A stretch of 64,000 bases of DNA, taken from positions 2,848,001-2,912,000 of the forward strand of contig OZ244561.1 of the NCBI GenBank assembly GCA_965217585.1. The letters are read 5' to 3'. The notes beneath the pieces are model-generated. The model saw only the letters and a list, made by a program, of their open reading frames with translations. It ran no database searches and was not told the DNA's origin. This document shows, in pieces, positions 28,042-37,964 of the stretch. A program made the translations under genes and the position numbers. Source of the stretch: Candidatus Latescibacterota bacterium. GTDB taxonomy: Bacteria; Latescibacterota; UBA2968; UBA8231. Positions within the stretch are counted from its first letter, which is position 1, and each line of letters begins with the position of its first letter.

Positions 28042-30375
28042 ATGCTACGCAATAACCTGATCGTTGCTTGGCGCAATTTGCGCCGCTATCGGATGTACAC
28101 CGCGATCAACGTGGGTGGGCTGGCCGCGGCCTTTGTGGTGGCCATCTTCGTCGGCCTGTACGTGTATAGGGCGCTGACGTGGGACCGCTTCCACGCCAAG
28201 GGCGAGCAGATCTACCAAGTCTGCATGACACATCCGGCCGGGAAAGGGCGGGCCCATACGTCGACGCCGGGAGACCTCGGCCCGGAGATGGTCGCCACAC
28301 TCCCCGCTGTGCTGCGCTCAGTGCGTACGGACGATACGTCCGGGCTGTTGAGCTACGGGGATCAAGTGACCGAGGCGAGGGGACGGTTCGCCGACCCTAA
28401 CTTCTTTGATCTGTTTAGCTTCCCGCTGATCGCGGGCGATCCGGGCACGGCCCTTGACGGGCCGAACTCGATCGTGCTGTCGAGGCGGCTGGCGCAGCGG
28501 CTGTTCGGCTCCGCCGACCCCATGGGCCAGACCCTGCAGTTAGGGGACCGCGGTATCAGCGGAGACTTCGTCGTCTCCGGGATCGCCGCCGACGTGCCGT
28601 ACGAATCCAGCCTGAAGTTCGACTGGGTGATCCCCTTCGTCCAGCGGGAAATCCAGACTGGGGGGCGCGGCGCAGGCGAGACCTACTTACAGATCGCCGA
28701 TGCTGCGGGCGTGGAATCTGCCTTGGCCTTCGATCCGGACCGGTACTGGGAGGATTCTCAACTCGTCATCGTGCCGCTGTTCGACAAGCGGCTACACCCC
28801 CAACTCAGCAGAGGGAGGGGGATGAAGAGCGCGCTCTACAGCTACGGATTCGTCGCCTGCCTCGTGCTGCTGCTAGCGTGCATCAACTACGCCAACTTGG
28901 CCGCGGGCATGTCGCTGATTAGGGCGCACGAAGTGGGTGTGCGCAAGGTGGTCGGTGCCGGACGGGGACAGCTAATGCGCCAGTACTTCGCCGAGTCCCT
29001 GCTGCTCAGCTTCGCCGCCCTAGCGCTCGCCGTGCTGCTGACGGAGACCTTGCTGCCGGGCCTGAATCGTCTGCTGACGTTGCCCGGAGCGTTTGAACAG
29101 CAGCGCCTCGACCTGCAGTACACGCCGTGGACGGTGATGGCCTTGGCCGGATTCGGCGTGGTCATGGGGCTCGTGGCGGGCGCGTACCCGGCGCTGGTGC
29201 AGTCGCGGATGCAGCCGGTCGAGATTATGCAAGACAGACTCCAGGTGCGAAGCCGTGCCAGCCGCATCTTAGTAGTCGTTCAGTTCGTGGCCTCCACGGT
29301 GTTCCTGACCACGGCTCTCGTCATGGATCGGCAGGTTGATCATTGGGAGTCCCTAGATCAGGGCTACGACCCGCAGCTCGTGGTCTGTATCCCGACGTTT
29401 GCGGGCTCCTCGAAAGAGGAAGGCGTGCATGAGTCGCAGCGCTTCCTTGAGATTTTCCGCCAGGAGGTGCTCCCGCTTCCGGGTGTGCTCGCCGTGTCCG
29501 GCTCCAGAGGCTTCCCCGACAAAGTCAGTGACTTTCGCTTCGACGACCGGGAACGGCCGGAGGCCTCGCTGATGGAGGTCGATCCGTACTTCCTGCGCAC
29601 TCTTGGCCTGGAGCTGGTCGAGGGTGAGGACTTCCCCCCGGACCTGCTAGCCAGCGGTCGTGTAGCGCTCGTCAACCAGCATCTAGCGGCCACGCTGGAG
29701 GGACCGGTCGTTGGCTCCTACCTCGAAGGCAGGCACCGGCCGCAGATTATTGGCGTGGTCTCCGACTTCCAGCACGATGATCCCAGCTCTAGGGGCTTCG
29801 TGCCGGAACTCGTGCTCAGCGTCCGACCGGAGTATCGCATTGCGACGGTGCTGGTGCGGGTGCGACCCGAGGGGGTGCCCGAGACACTCGCCGAGCTGCG
29901 CGAGGCTTGGGAACGGCTGTCGCCTGGGGTGCCCTTTACTTATCGCTTTCTCGAAGACCATATCGCCGAGCGCTTCTTTTATCACGCCAGCATCATTAGC
30001 CGGCTGCGCTGGGCGACCGGGTTCCTTGTGCTAATCGCCTGTCTTGGCGTCTTCGGCATGGCCTCCCTCGCCATTAGCCGACGCACCAAGGAGGTGGCCG
30101 TGCGCAAGGTTCTCGGTGCCTCGACGGCGAGCGTGGCCGTGCTGCTATCGTCGCAGTCCACGCGGCTCGTGCTGATCGCCGTGGTCATCGCCATGCCCCT
30201 GACCTACCGGCTCTCGGAGATGTTACTCCGCAGTGAGGTGGACCGCATTGAGCTCGACCTGCTCAGCTACTCGGCTGGTGGCCTGATCGCCCTGGGACTG
30301 ACTTGGCTGGTGTCGGGATATCACGCGGTTCGAGCGGCGCTGGCGAATCCGGTGGACTCGCTGCGCAGCGAGTAG
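28042..30375 (+). CDS. ABC permease P10 (subfamily B)
   Basis: Start reassigned to ATG 28042 after GAAGGAAGG; close paralogue of P9. Confidence 0.95.
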   Translation: MLRNNLIVAWRNLRRYRMYTAINVGGLAAAFVVAIFVGLYVYRALTWDRFHAKGEQIYQVCMTHPAGKGRAHTSTPGDLGPEMVATLPAVLRSVRTDDTSGLLSYGDQVTEARGRFADPNFFDLFSFPLIAGDPGTALDGPNSIVLSRRLAQRLFGSADPMGQTLQLGDRGISGDFVVSGIAADVPYESSLKFDWVIPFVQREIQTGGRGAGETYLQIADAAGVESALAFDPDRYWEDSQLVIVPLFDKRLHPQLSRGRGMKSALYSYGFVACLVLLLACINYANLAAGMSLIRAHEVGVRKVVGAGRGQLMRQYFAESLLLSFAALALAVLLTETLLPGLNRLLTLPGAFEQQRLDLQYTPWTVMALAGFGVVMGLVAGAYPALVQSRMQPVEIMQDRLQVRSRASRILVVVQFVASTVFLTTALVMDRQVDHWESLDQGYDPQLVVCIPTFAGSSKEEGVHESQRFLEIFRQEVLPLPGVLAVSGSRGFPDKVSDFRFDDRERPEASLMEVDPYFLRTLGLELVEGEDFPPDLLASGRVALVNQHLAATLEGPVVGSYLEGRHRPQIIGVVSDFQHDDPSSRGFVPELVLSVRPEYRIATVLVRVRPEGVPETLAELREAWERLSPGVPFTYRFLEDHIAERFFYHASIISRLRWATGFLVLIACLGVFGMASLAISRRTKEVAVRKVLGASTASVAVLLSSQSTRLVLIAVVIAMPLTYRLSEMLLRSEVDRIELDLLSYSAGGLIALGLTWLVSGYHAVRAALANPVDSLRSE

Positions 30376-30439
30376 AGACTAATGATCGTTATTTCCCTAC
30401 GAGTCGTATCGATTTAGAGCGAGAAAGAAAATAGAAACC

Positions 30440-32926
30440 ATGCTACGCAATAACCTGACCATCGCTTGGCGCAATTTGATGCGCCACCGTCTGCATACGG
30501 TCATCAACCTCGCCGGGCTGAGCCTAGGTATAGCATTTTGCCTGCTCGCTTGGCGCTTTGCTTCTCAGGAGTGGTCGTTTGATCGCTTCCACAGCAAAGC
30601 GGACCGGATCTATCGCGTTTGCCTCGAGATCATGAGTCCAGAGGGGCAAATGCACACGGCCGACGCGATTGAATTTGCTTTCGCGCCTGAGTTGGAGGCC
30701 CTCTCTCCGCATGTGGAGCGCACGGTACGCCTCAACGCAGCGGAAGGGAGTGCCAGAGATGACCGCGTCGTGCGCACGACCTTTGCGGGTAGCTCGTCCG
30801 ACGAAGAATTCTTGCTCGTCGATCCGGCGTTTTTCGAGGTCTTCGACTTTCCGCTCCTGCTAGGAGACGTCTCCACGGCGTTGGCCGAGCGCAACTCCGT
30901 CGTCCTGAGCTATGAAATGGCTCAACGCCTATTCGGCGACGCCGATCCGCTGGGACAGCACTTGACGATCGCTTCGATGAAAGGGTCTGGTGTCGAGGAC
31001 TTTACCATCACTGGGGTGACCGCGCCGGTTCCGCGCACATCGTCGATTCAGTTCAACATGCTGCTACCGTTTGAGAACACGGAGTTCCTCTTCCGCGAGT
31101 CCTCGGATGCGTGGGAAGGTTCGTGCAATGCCTACGTCCTGCTCGCGCCCGGCGCGGACCCGGCCGACGTAGCACCGGCCTTCGTACAGATCGCGCAGAT
31201 CCTGCTTCAACACTGGGGAGATAAAGCTCCAAAAGGCCTTCCGGAGGATTTCTCTCCGTATCGGTTGCAGCCGCTGACTGATCTGCGCTCGGATACCGGC
31301 CTACTGAGCTTGTACGGGCACGGCGTGGTAGAGCCGAGAGATCCGTATATCTCGTACGTGCTTGTCAGCATGGCCTTGGCGGTCTTGTTAATGGGGAGCA
31401 TCAACTTCGTCAACTTGGCCATTGGCCGGGCCTCGCTGCGGATGGCGGAGGTCGGCGTGCGCAAGACGGTGGGTGCCGGACATGGCCAGTTGATGCGCCA
31501 GTTCATCGTCGAGGCGGCGGTACTCTCTGTTCTCGGGTTGGGTGCTGGGTGTGCCTTGGCAGAGCTGCTACTGCCAGCGTTCAATGCCATCTTCTCGCAG
31601 GAGCTTTCGCTTGGTCTGAGTGAGCCGAGTATGCTGGGTGCATTAGTGGTGTTGCTGCTGCTCGTCAGCCTAGGTGCCGGTTGGTATCCGGCGCTTGTGC
31701 TCTCCCGTCTGACGCCCCTGAGTGCGATTCGGCGCAGCGTGTCCATGACCGGAATCACTCGGCTTAGTCGTGTACTCGTGGGTGTGCAGTTGGCCATTTC
31801 TGTAGGATTGATCACCTGCACGCTGGTCATGTATCACCAGTTAGAGCACTTAATGACTCGGCACGGGTTCGATCAGGGGCGCATCATCGCGGTGAATACG
31901 GACCCTGTCAGCGGTATGGATGATCTGAATCTCCTTGTGGAGACCTTTCTGCAGCACAGTCGCCTCGCCTCGATCACCCTGCTGGATGAAGATTATGAAG
32001 ATTTCTGGCACCCTTTTCGGCATTGGAGGAAATACCAGGTAATGACCGAGAGCAACCGGGGAGCGGAGGTCTTCCCTTACGAGGTGGATCACAACTTTGC
32101 AGAGACCATGAACTTGGAGCTGATACATGGACGGGACTTCTCGCTGGCCCAAGGAGACAAGGATAATCTTGTGTTGATCTCCGAGAGCACGGCGACGCAG
32201 TTGGGACTCATCGACCCACTCGATCAGAAGATCGATATCGTCCGCATATCGAGTGAGGGGCCCGAGCCGATACATCGCAGGGTCGGGACTGGAGCGCGCA
32301 TCATCGGCGTAGTCAAGGACTTCACCTTCGAGTCAGGGTACGAGGATGTTCCCTTGGGTCTGCTGCTGCTCAATCCCGACCACGGTACTGCCGATCTCAT
32401 GTTCGTCCGCGTGAAGCCGGGAGACCCGCAGGAGGCCGTCCAGTACATGCAGGAGACGTGGAGCAGCATCGTTGACTATGCCGACTTCGAGTTCTCCTTC
32501 CTACAGCAGAATTTGGAGGCGGCCTACCGCGACGAGCTGCGCTGGCGTCGGCTCATCACCTGGGCTGCGATCGGCGCGGTGTTTATCTCCGCCCTTGGGG
32601 CCTTTGCGCTCACTGCCCTCGCTGCGGGTCGCCGCACCAAGGAAATCGGCATCCGCAAAGCCCTTGGTGCCAGTGTCTTCGGCCTTACCACGCTGATGGC
32701 CCGCGAGTTTGCCTGTCTCGCCCTGATCGGCTCGCTCGTGGCGTGGCCTCTGTCTTGGTGGTGGATGCGCGATTGGCTGAACGGCTTTGCCTTCCGCATT
32801 GATCTGGAGGCGTGGCACTTTGCCGCTGGCGCTGCGATTGCGCTCGTCGCGGTTTTGATTAGCTCCGGCCATCAGGCCTATAAGGCCGCTAAGGGAGACC
32901 CGGTAGAAGCGCTGCGCTACGAGTAG
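30440..32926 (+). CDS. ABC permease P11 (subfamily C)
   Basis: 828 aa; NFVNL...EVGVRKTVGA and KEIGIRKALGA motifs, DPVEALRYE end. Confidence 0.95.
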   Translation: MLRNNLTIAWRNLMRHRLHTVINLAGLSLGIAFCLLAWRFASQEWSFDRFHSKADRIYRVCLEIMSPEGQMHTADAIEFAFAPELEALSPHVERTVRLNAAEGSARDDRVVRTTFAGSSSDEEFLLVDPAFFEVFDFPLLLGDVSTALAERNSVVLSYEMAQRLFGDADPLGQHLTIASMKGSGVEDFTITGVTAPVPRTSSIQFNMLLPFENTEFLFRESSDAWEGSCNAYVLLAPGADPADVAPAFVQIAQILLQHWGDKAPKGLPEDFSPYRLQPLTDLRSDTGLLSLYGHGVVEPRDPYISYVLVSMALAVLLMGSINFVNLAIGRASLRMAEVGVRKTVGAGHGQLMRQFIVEAAVLSVLGLGAGCALAELLLPAFNAIFSQELSLGLSEPSMLGALVVLLLLVSLGAGWYPALVLSRLTPLSAIRRSVSMTGITRLSRVLVGVQLAISVGLITCTLVMYHQLEHLMTRHGFDQGRIIAVNTDPVSGMDDLNLLVETFLQHSRLASITLLDEDYEDFWHPFRHWRKYQVMTESNRGAEVFPYEVDHNFAETMNLELIHGRDFSLAQGDKDNLVLISESTATQLGLIDPLDQKIDIVRISSEGPEPIHRRVGTGARIIGVVKDFTFESGYEDVPLGLLLLNPDHGTADLMFVRVKPGDPQEAVQYMQETWSSIVDYADFEFSFLQQNLEAAYRDELRWRRLITWAAIGAVFISALGAFALTALAAGRRTKEIGIRKALGASVFGLTTLMAREFACLALIGSLVAWPLSWWWMRDWLNGFAFRIDLEAWHFAAGAAIALVAVLISSGHQAYKAAKGDPVEALRYE

Positions 32927-32977
32927 AGGGATTCCCTATAAGTCGCACCGATTTGAGTGAGAAGGAAGGTACTAATC

Positions 32978-35476
32978 ATGCTACGCAATAATCTGATCAT
33001 CGCTTGGCGCAATTTGATGCGCCACCGCCTGCACACGGTCATCAACCTCGCCGGGCTGAGCCTAGGCATGGCGTTCTGTCTGCTCGCTTGGCGCTTTGCC
33101 TCTCAGGAGTGGTCGTTTGATCGCTTCCACAGCAAAGGGGACCGGGTCTATCGCGTTTATGTCGAGGCCATGGACCCAGAGGAGGGGTTAGTGCGCTACG
33201 CCGACGTGATTGATTTTGCTTTCGCGCCCGAGCTGGAGGCCCTCTCACCGCAGGTGGAGCGCACGGTGCGCCTCAGCGCGGCGAGAGGGAACGACATAGA
33301 TGACCGCGTCGTGCGGACGACCTTCGCGGGCAACTCGGCCGATGAGGAATTCCTCCTCGTCGATCCCGCGTTTTTCGAGGTCTTTGACTTCCCGCTCCTG
33401 CTAGGGAACGCCGCCACGGCGCTGGCCGAGCGCAATTCCGTCGTCTTGAGCTACGAAATGGCTCAACGCCTGTTCGGGGACGCCGATCCGCTGGGCCAGA
33501 GTCTGAGGTTAACCTCGCTGGCCACGTCCGATGTCGAGGACTTCACCATCACCGGAGTGGCGGCACCAGTTCCGCGCACGTCGTCGATTCAGTTCAACAT
33601 GCTGCTGCCGTTCGACAACACGGAGTTACTCTACCACCGTTCCCCGGATGAGTGGGAAGGCACGTGCAACGCATACGTCCTACTCGCGTCCGATGCAGAC
33701 CCGGCTGACGTAGCGCCGGCCTTCGTGCAACTCACGCGGGCCATAGCTCAAAGGGATGGAGGGGAGATCCCGGAAGACCTCCCGGAGGATTTCTCTTGGT
33801 TTCGGTTGCAGCCGCTGGCCGACCTGCGCTCGGATACCAGCTTGATGTCATTTAAGGACGGACACGGCGTGGTGGAGCCGAGGGATCCGTACGTCTCGTA
33901 TGTACTCGTCAGTATGGCCTTGGCAGTCTTGTTGATGGGATGTATCAACTTCGTCAATCTGGCCATTGGCCGGGCCTCGCTGAGGGCAGCGGAGGTCGGT
34001 GTGCGCAAGGCGGCGGGTGCTGGACGCGGGCAGTTGATGCGTCAGTTCATCGGCGAGGCGGTGGTGCTGTCTGTTGTCGGGTTGGGTGCCGGATGTGCGT
34101 TGGCGGCGCTGCTACTGCCGGCGTTCAACGCCACCTTCTCGCAAGAGCTGTCGCTTGGTCTGAGCGAGCCGGGTATGCTGGGTGCATTGGGGGCGTTGTT
34201 GTTGCTGGTCAGTTTGGGAGCGGGTTGGTATCCGGCGTTCGTGCTATCCCGTCTGGATCCTTTGAGCGCGATTCGGCGCAACGTGTCTATGTCCGGGATC
34301 GCTCGATTTAGCCGCGTGCTCGTGGGTGTGCAGTTGGCCATTTCCGTGGGGTTGATCACTTGTACGCTGGTCATGTATCACCAACTAGAGCACGTCATGG
34401 CCCGCGACTTGGGGCTCGACCAAGAGCGCGTCATAGCGGTACATACGAATGCTCTCTACGACTTGAAGCCCGATCATCCCGAACTCGTGGAGGCTTTCCT
34501 CCGCCATAGTCGGGTCGCCTCGGTTACCATGGTGGACAACAACTTCCTGCAAGACACTCGTTGGTCCGACTACCGCGCTAAGACCGAGAACGGCCGGGAG
34601 ACAAAAGTCCGTCTTTACACGGTAGATCACAACTTCGTGGAGACCATGAACTTGGAACTGATAGCTGGACGGGACTTCTCGCTGGCGCAGGGCGACAAGA
34701 ATAACCTCGCTCTGATCTCCGAGAGCGCGGCGACACAACTCGTACTCGTCGACCCGATTGGTGAGATGATCGAAGTTGGGCGGATGTCGAGCAGATCGGG
34801 GTTCAGGCCGGTGTTTGGGGCGCGGGATGGGGCACGCATCATCGGTGTAGTCGAGGACTTCACCTTCGAGTCAGGGTACGAAGACGTCCCCCCGGGCCTG
34901 CTGTTGCTCAATCCCGCCTTGGGACCAGGTCACTACGAAGCCAATCTCATGCTCGTGCGCGTGAAGCCAGGAGATATGCAAGAGGTCGTCCAGCATATGC
35001 AAGAGTCATGGGACAGCATCGTTGATTACGCTGACTTCGAGTTCTCCTTCCTGCAGCAGGACTTGGAAGCGGCTTACCGCGACGAGTTGCGCTGGCGTCG
35101 GCTCATCACGTGGGCTGCGGTCGGCGCGGTGTTTATCTCCGCCCTTGGGGCCTTTGCGCTCACCGCCCTCGCCGCCGGTCGCCGCACCAAGGAGATCGGC
35201 ATCCGCAAAGCCCTTGGTTCCAGCGTCCTCGGCCTCACCACGCTGATCACCCGCGAGTTTGCCTGTCTCGCCCTGATTGGCTCGGCGGTGGCGTGGCCTC
35301 TGTCTTGGTGGTGGATGCGCGATTGGCTGAACGGCTTTGCCTTCCGCATCGATCTGGCGGCGTGGCATTTTGCCGCTGGCGCTGCGATTGCGCTCGTCGC
35401 GGTTCTGATTAGCTCCGGCCATCAGGCGTACAAGGCCGCTAAGGCCGATCCAGTAGAAGCGCTGCGCTACGAATGA
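32978..35476 (+). CDS. ABC permease P12 (subfamily C)
   Basis: Start reassigned to ATG 32978 after GAAGGAAGG; close paralogue of P11. Confidence 0.95.
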   Translation: MLRNNLIIAWRNLMRHRLHTVINLAGLSLGMAFCLLAWRFASQEWSFDRFHSKGDRVYRVYVEAMDPEEGLVRYADVIDFAFAPELEALSPQVERTVRLSAARGNDIDDRVVRTTFAGNSADEEFLLVDPAFFEVFDFPLLLGNAATALAERNSVVLSYEMAQRLFGDADPLGQSLRLTSLATSDVEDFTITGVAAPVPRTSSIQFNMLLPFDNTELLYHRSPDEWEGTCNAYVLLASDADPADVAPAFVQLTRAIAQRDGGEIPEDLPEDFSWFRLQPLADLRSDTSLMSFKDGHGVVEPRDPYVSYVLVSMALAVLLMGCINFVNLAIGRASLRAAEVGVRKAAGAGRGQLMRQFIGEAVVLSVVGLGAGCALAALLLPAFNATFSQELSLGLSEPGMLGALGALLLLVSLGAGWYPAFVLSRLDPLSAIRRNVSMSGIARFSRVLVGVQLAISVGLITCTLVMYHQLEHVMARDLGLDQERVIAVHTNALYDLKPDHPELVEAFLRHSRVASVTMVDNNFLQDTRWSDYRAKTENGRETKVRLYTVDHNFVETMNLELIAGRDFSLAQGDKNNLALISESAATQLVLVDPIGEMIEVGRMSSRSGFRPVFGARDGARIIGVVEDFTFESGYEDVPPGLLLLNPALGPGHYEANLMLVRVKPGDMQEVVQHMQESWDSIVDYADFEFSFLQQDLEAAYRDELRWRRLITWAAVGAVFISALGAFALTALAAGRRTKEIGIRKALGSSVLGLTTLITREFACLALIGSAVAWPLSWWWMRDWLNGFAFRIDLAAWHFAAGAAIALVAVLISSGHQAYKAAKADPVEALRYE

Positions 35477-35513
35477 GTCCACGCAGCGTGGATGTCTTCG
35501 CTAGGAGTAGATC

Positions 35514-37889
35514 ATGTTCAAGAGCTACCTGCACATCGCCGCCCGCCATCTGACTCGCCACCGGATCTACGCGCTGACCAATGTCGGCGGCTTAGCGGTT
35601 GGGCTCGCGGGCTGTATGCTCATGGCCTTATGGGTGCTCGGCCAACTGGAGACCGACCGGTTTCACGAGCACGGCGAGCGCATCTACCGAGTTGTCTCCC
35701 AGGGTGAGAAAGCTACCCGCTTGACGACGCCTGCCGTCCTCGGCACCAGCCTTCAGCGCGAGGCGACCGAGGTGGAAGCTGTAGGGCGCTTGCTGAGTGT
35801 GGACAACCCAGTGCCGCTCGTCAGCCACGGAGAGAAGCGTTTCTACGAGGATGCCTTTCTCTTCGCCGACCCGGAGATTCTGAAGGTTTTTACCCTGCCC
35901 TTGGTTGCTGGCGACGCCGCCACTGCGCTCGACCAGCCTTTTGCCGTCCTCCTCTCCGAGTCTGCGGCGCGCAAGCTGTTCGGCGACGCCGATCCCATGG
36001 GGCAAGTCATCCGCTTCAAGGATTATCTCGACCTGAAGGTGACCGGGATTCTGCGCGACCTGCCCGAGCAGTCGCACCTGCGGATTGAGTTCCTCGCCTC
36101 CTTTGCCACGGTGGAACGCTGGCTGGGGTCTAGCGCGGTGAGCGACTGGCGGCGCAGCATGTACCGCACGTATCTGCTGCTGCGTCCCGGCGTTGAGCAG
36201 CATTCGTTGAGCGGTCTGCTCGACCAACTGCGGCAAGAACACTTCGGCGTTGACGATCGCGGCCACTGGGAGCTACAGGCGCTTCACCGGATTCACCTTT
36301 ATTCGCGGGAGGATTTGGGCATCTCAGGGGGTGGAGATATCCGCGAGGTGATCATCTTGGCGACGGTCGCGTGCTTGGTCCTGCTCGTCGCCTGCCTCAA
36401 CTACGCCAATCTGGGGACCGCTTTGGCCGCACAGCGAGTGCGCGAGATTGGGCTGCGGCTGTCGATGGGCGCTGGTCGCAGCCAACTGGCGCGGCAGTTC
36501 TTGATCGAATCAGCCGTGGTGACCTCCTTGGCCTTTGCTATCGCCGTGGCCTTGGCGGACACGTTGGCTCCACACGTGACGCGCTTCGGCGGGACGGAGA
36601 TTGCCCTGGCGTACTCCGATCCGAAGGTGTTGGCCCTGATGGCGTCGATCTTTCTCTTGGCGGTGGTCTTGTCGGGGGGATACCCCGCCTTTTGCCTCGC
36701 CCGGATCGCGCCGGTGCGGGCTTTGGAAGGTAGTGGTACCGTCGGCAGCAGAAGGGGTCGCCTAGGTATGGTGACGGCGCAGTTCGTCGTCTCCGTGGGA
36801 CTGCTCTGCGCAACGGCGATCGCTCAGCAGCAATTGGCTTTTATCGAGAACGCGGAACTTGGTATCGAGACTGAGCAGGTCTTGGTGGTGCCGATCCGCA
36901 GCCAGCCGATGCGGGGCGACCCGCAGGCGGTGAAGGCGCGGTTGGGCCAGCTACCGGAGATCACCTCGGTGAGCGCAGCCGCGTTGTTGCCGGCAGGGCC
37001 GGTGGGCAAAAGCAGCATCCAGCCGCATCGGGCGGAGGCAGATCCCGTGAGCGTCGATCTGCTGTGGGTCGATGCCGGAGCGACGGAAACGCTCGGCATG
37101 ACCCTAGCAGCAGGAGAGGGGTTCACTGAGAACATGGAGCCGCGCAACGGGTACTTTGTCCTCTCGCAGGCGGCGGTGCAGGCGCTGGGATGGGAGTCTG
37201 CGGAGGCTGCCATTGGCCGGACTTTGGCGATCGGGCAAGCCGGGGGCACAGGCGTCTCCCCTGAGGGCACTGTCGTCGGCGTGGTTGAGGACTTCCACTC
37301 AGGATCTCTGCGGCGCGGCATCCAACCGGTCGTCATGCAGCTATGGCCGTGGAACAACTACCTGCTCATTCGCTTCCGCGCCCATTCCCTACAGCACGTC
37401 GTGCAGCAAGTCGAAGCGGTGATGGCAGAGTTAGATCCCGTCCACCCCTTTGAGTATTCCCTGCTCGACGACCGCTTTGCCGCCATGTACCGAAAGGATG
37501 AAAGGCTGGGGACGCTGTTTGCCGGCTTCGGCGGGCTGGCCCTGCTCGTCGCCTGCGTGGGGATGTTCGGCCTCGCTTCCTTTGCCGCGCAGCGCCGGCG
37601 CATGGAGTTCGGAGTGCGCAAGGCATTGGGTGCTACCGGAGTAGAGATCGGTCGCCTCCTCGCCGGAGAGCTTACGCGTTTGGTGCTGGTGGCCAGCTTG
37701 CTCGCCTGCCCGATCGCCTACTTTGGCATGGCTGCGTGGGTGGAGCAGTTCAGCGAGCGCGCCGAGGTCGGTGCTGCTTCGTTCGTCGTGGCGGTTGCAG
37801 CCGCGTTGGTCGCCGCTTGGGTGAGCGTCGCGTACCATGCCATCAGGACGAGTCGGATCGATCCAGTGGAAGCGCTGCGCTATGAGTAG
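35514..37889 (+). CDS. ABC permease P13 (singleton)
   Basis: 791 aa, same architecture; RBS AGGAG. Confidence 0.95.
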   Translation: MFKSYLHIAARHLTRHRIYALTNVGGLAVGLAGCMLMALWVLGQLETDRFHEHGERIYRVVSQGEKATRLTTPAVLGTSLQREATEVEAVGRLLSVDNPVPLVSHGEKRFYEDAFLFADPEILKVFTLPLVAGDAATALDQPFAVLLSESAARKLFGDADPMGQVIRFKDYLDLKVTGILRDLPEQSHLRIEFLASFATVERWLGSSAVSDWRRSMYRTYLLLRPGVEQHSLSGLLDQLRQEHFGVDDRGHWELQALHRIHLYSREDLGISGGGDIREVIILATVACLVLLVACLNYANLGTALAAQRVREIGLRLSMGAGRSQLARQFLIESAVVTSLAFAIAVALADTLAPHVTRFGGTEIALAYSDPKVLALMASIFLLAVVLSGGYPAFCLARIAPVRALEGSGTVGSRRGRLGMVTAQFVVSVGLLCATAIAQQQLAFIENAELGIETEQVLVVPIRSQPMRGDPQAVKARLGQLPEITSVSAAALLPAGPVGKSSIQPHRAEADPVSVDLLWVDAGATETLGMTLAAGEGFTENMEPRNGYFVLSQAAVQALGWESAEAAIGRTLAIGQAGGTGVSPEGTVVGVVEDFHSGSLRRGIQPVVMQLWPWNNYLLIRFRAHSLQHVVQQVEAVMAELDPVHPFEYSLLDDRFAAMYRKDERLGTLFAGFGGLALLVACVGMFGLASFAAQRRRMEFGVRKALGATGVEIGRLLAGELTRLVLVASLLACPIAYFGMAAWVEQFSERAEVGAASFVVAVAAALVAAWVSVAYHAIRTSRIDPVEALRYE

Positions 37890-37964
37890 TCAATGGAAGA
37901 ACGAACGTATACTGCGAGTTACTAACAGTCCTGAACACTCAACGAGAATATGGGGAATCACACT

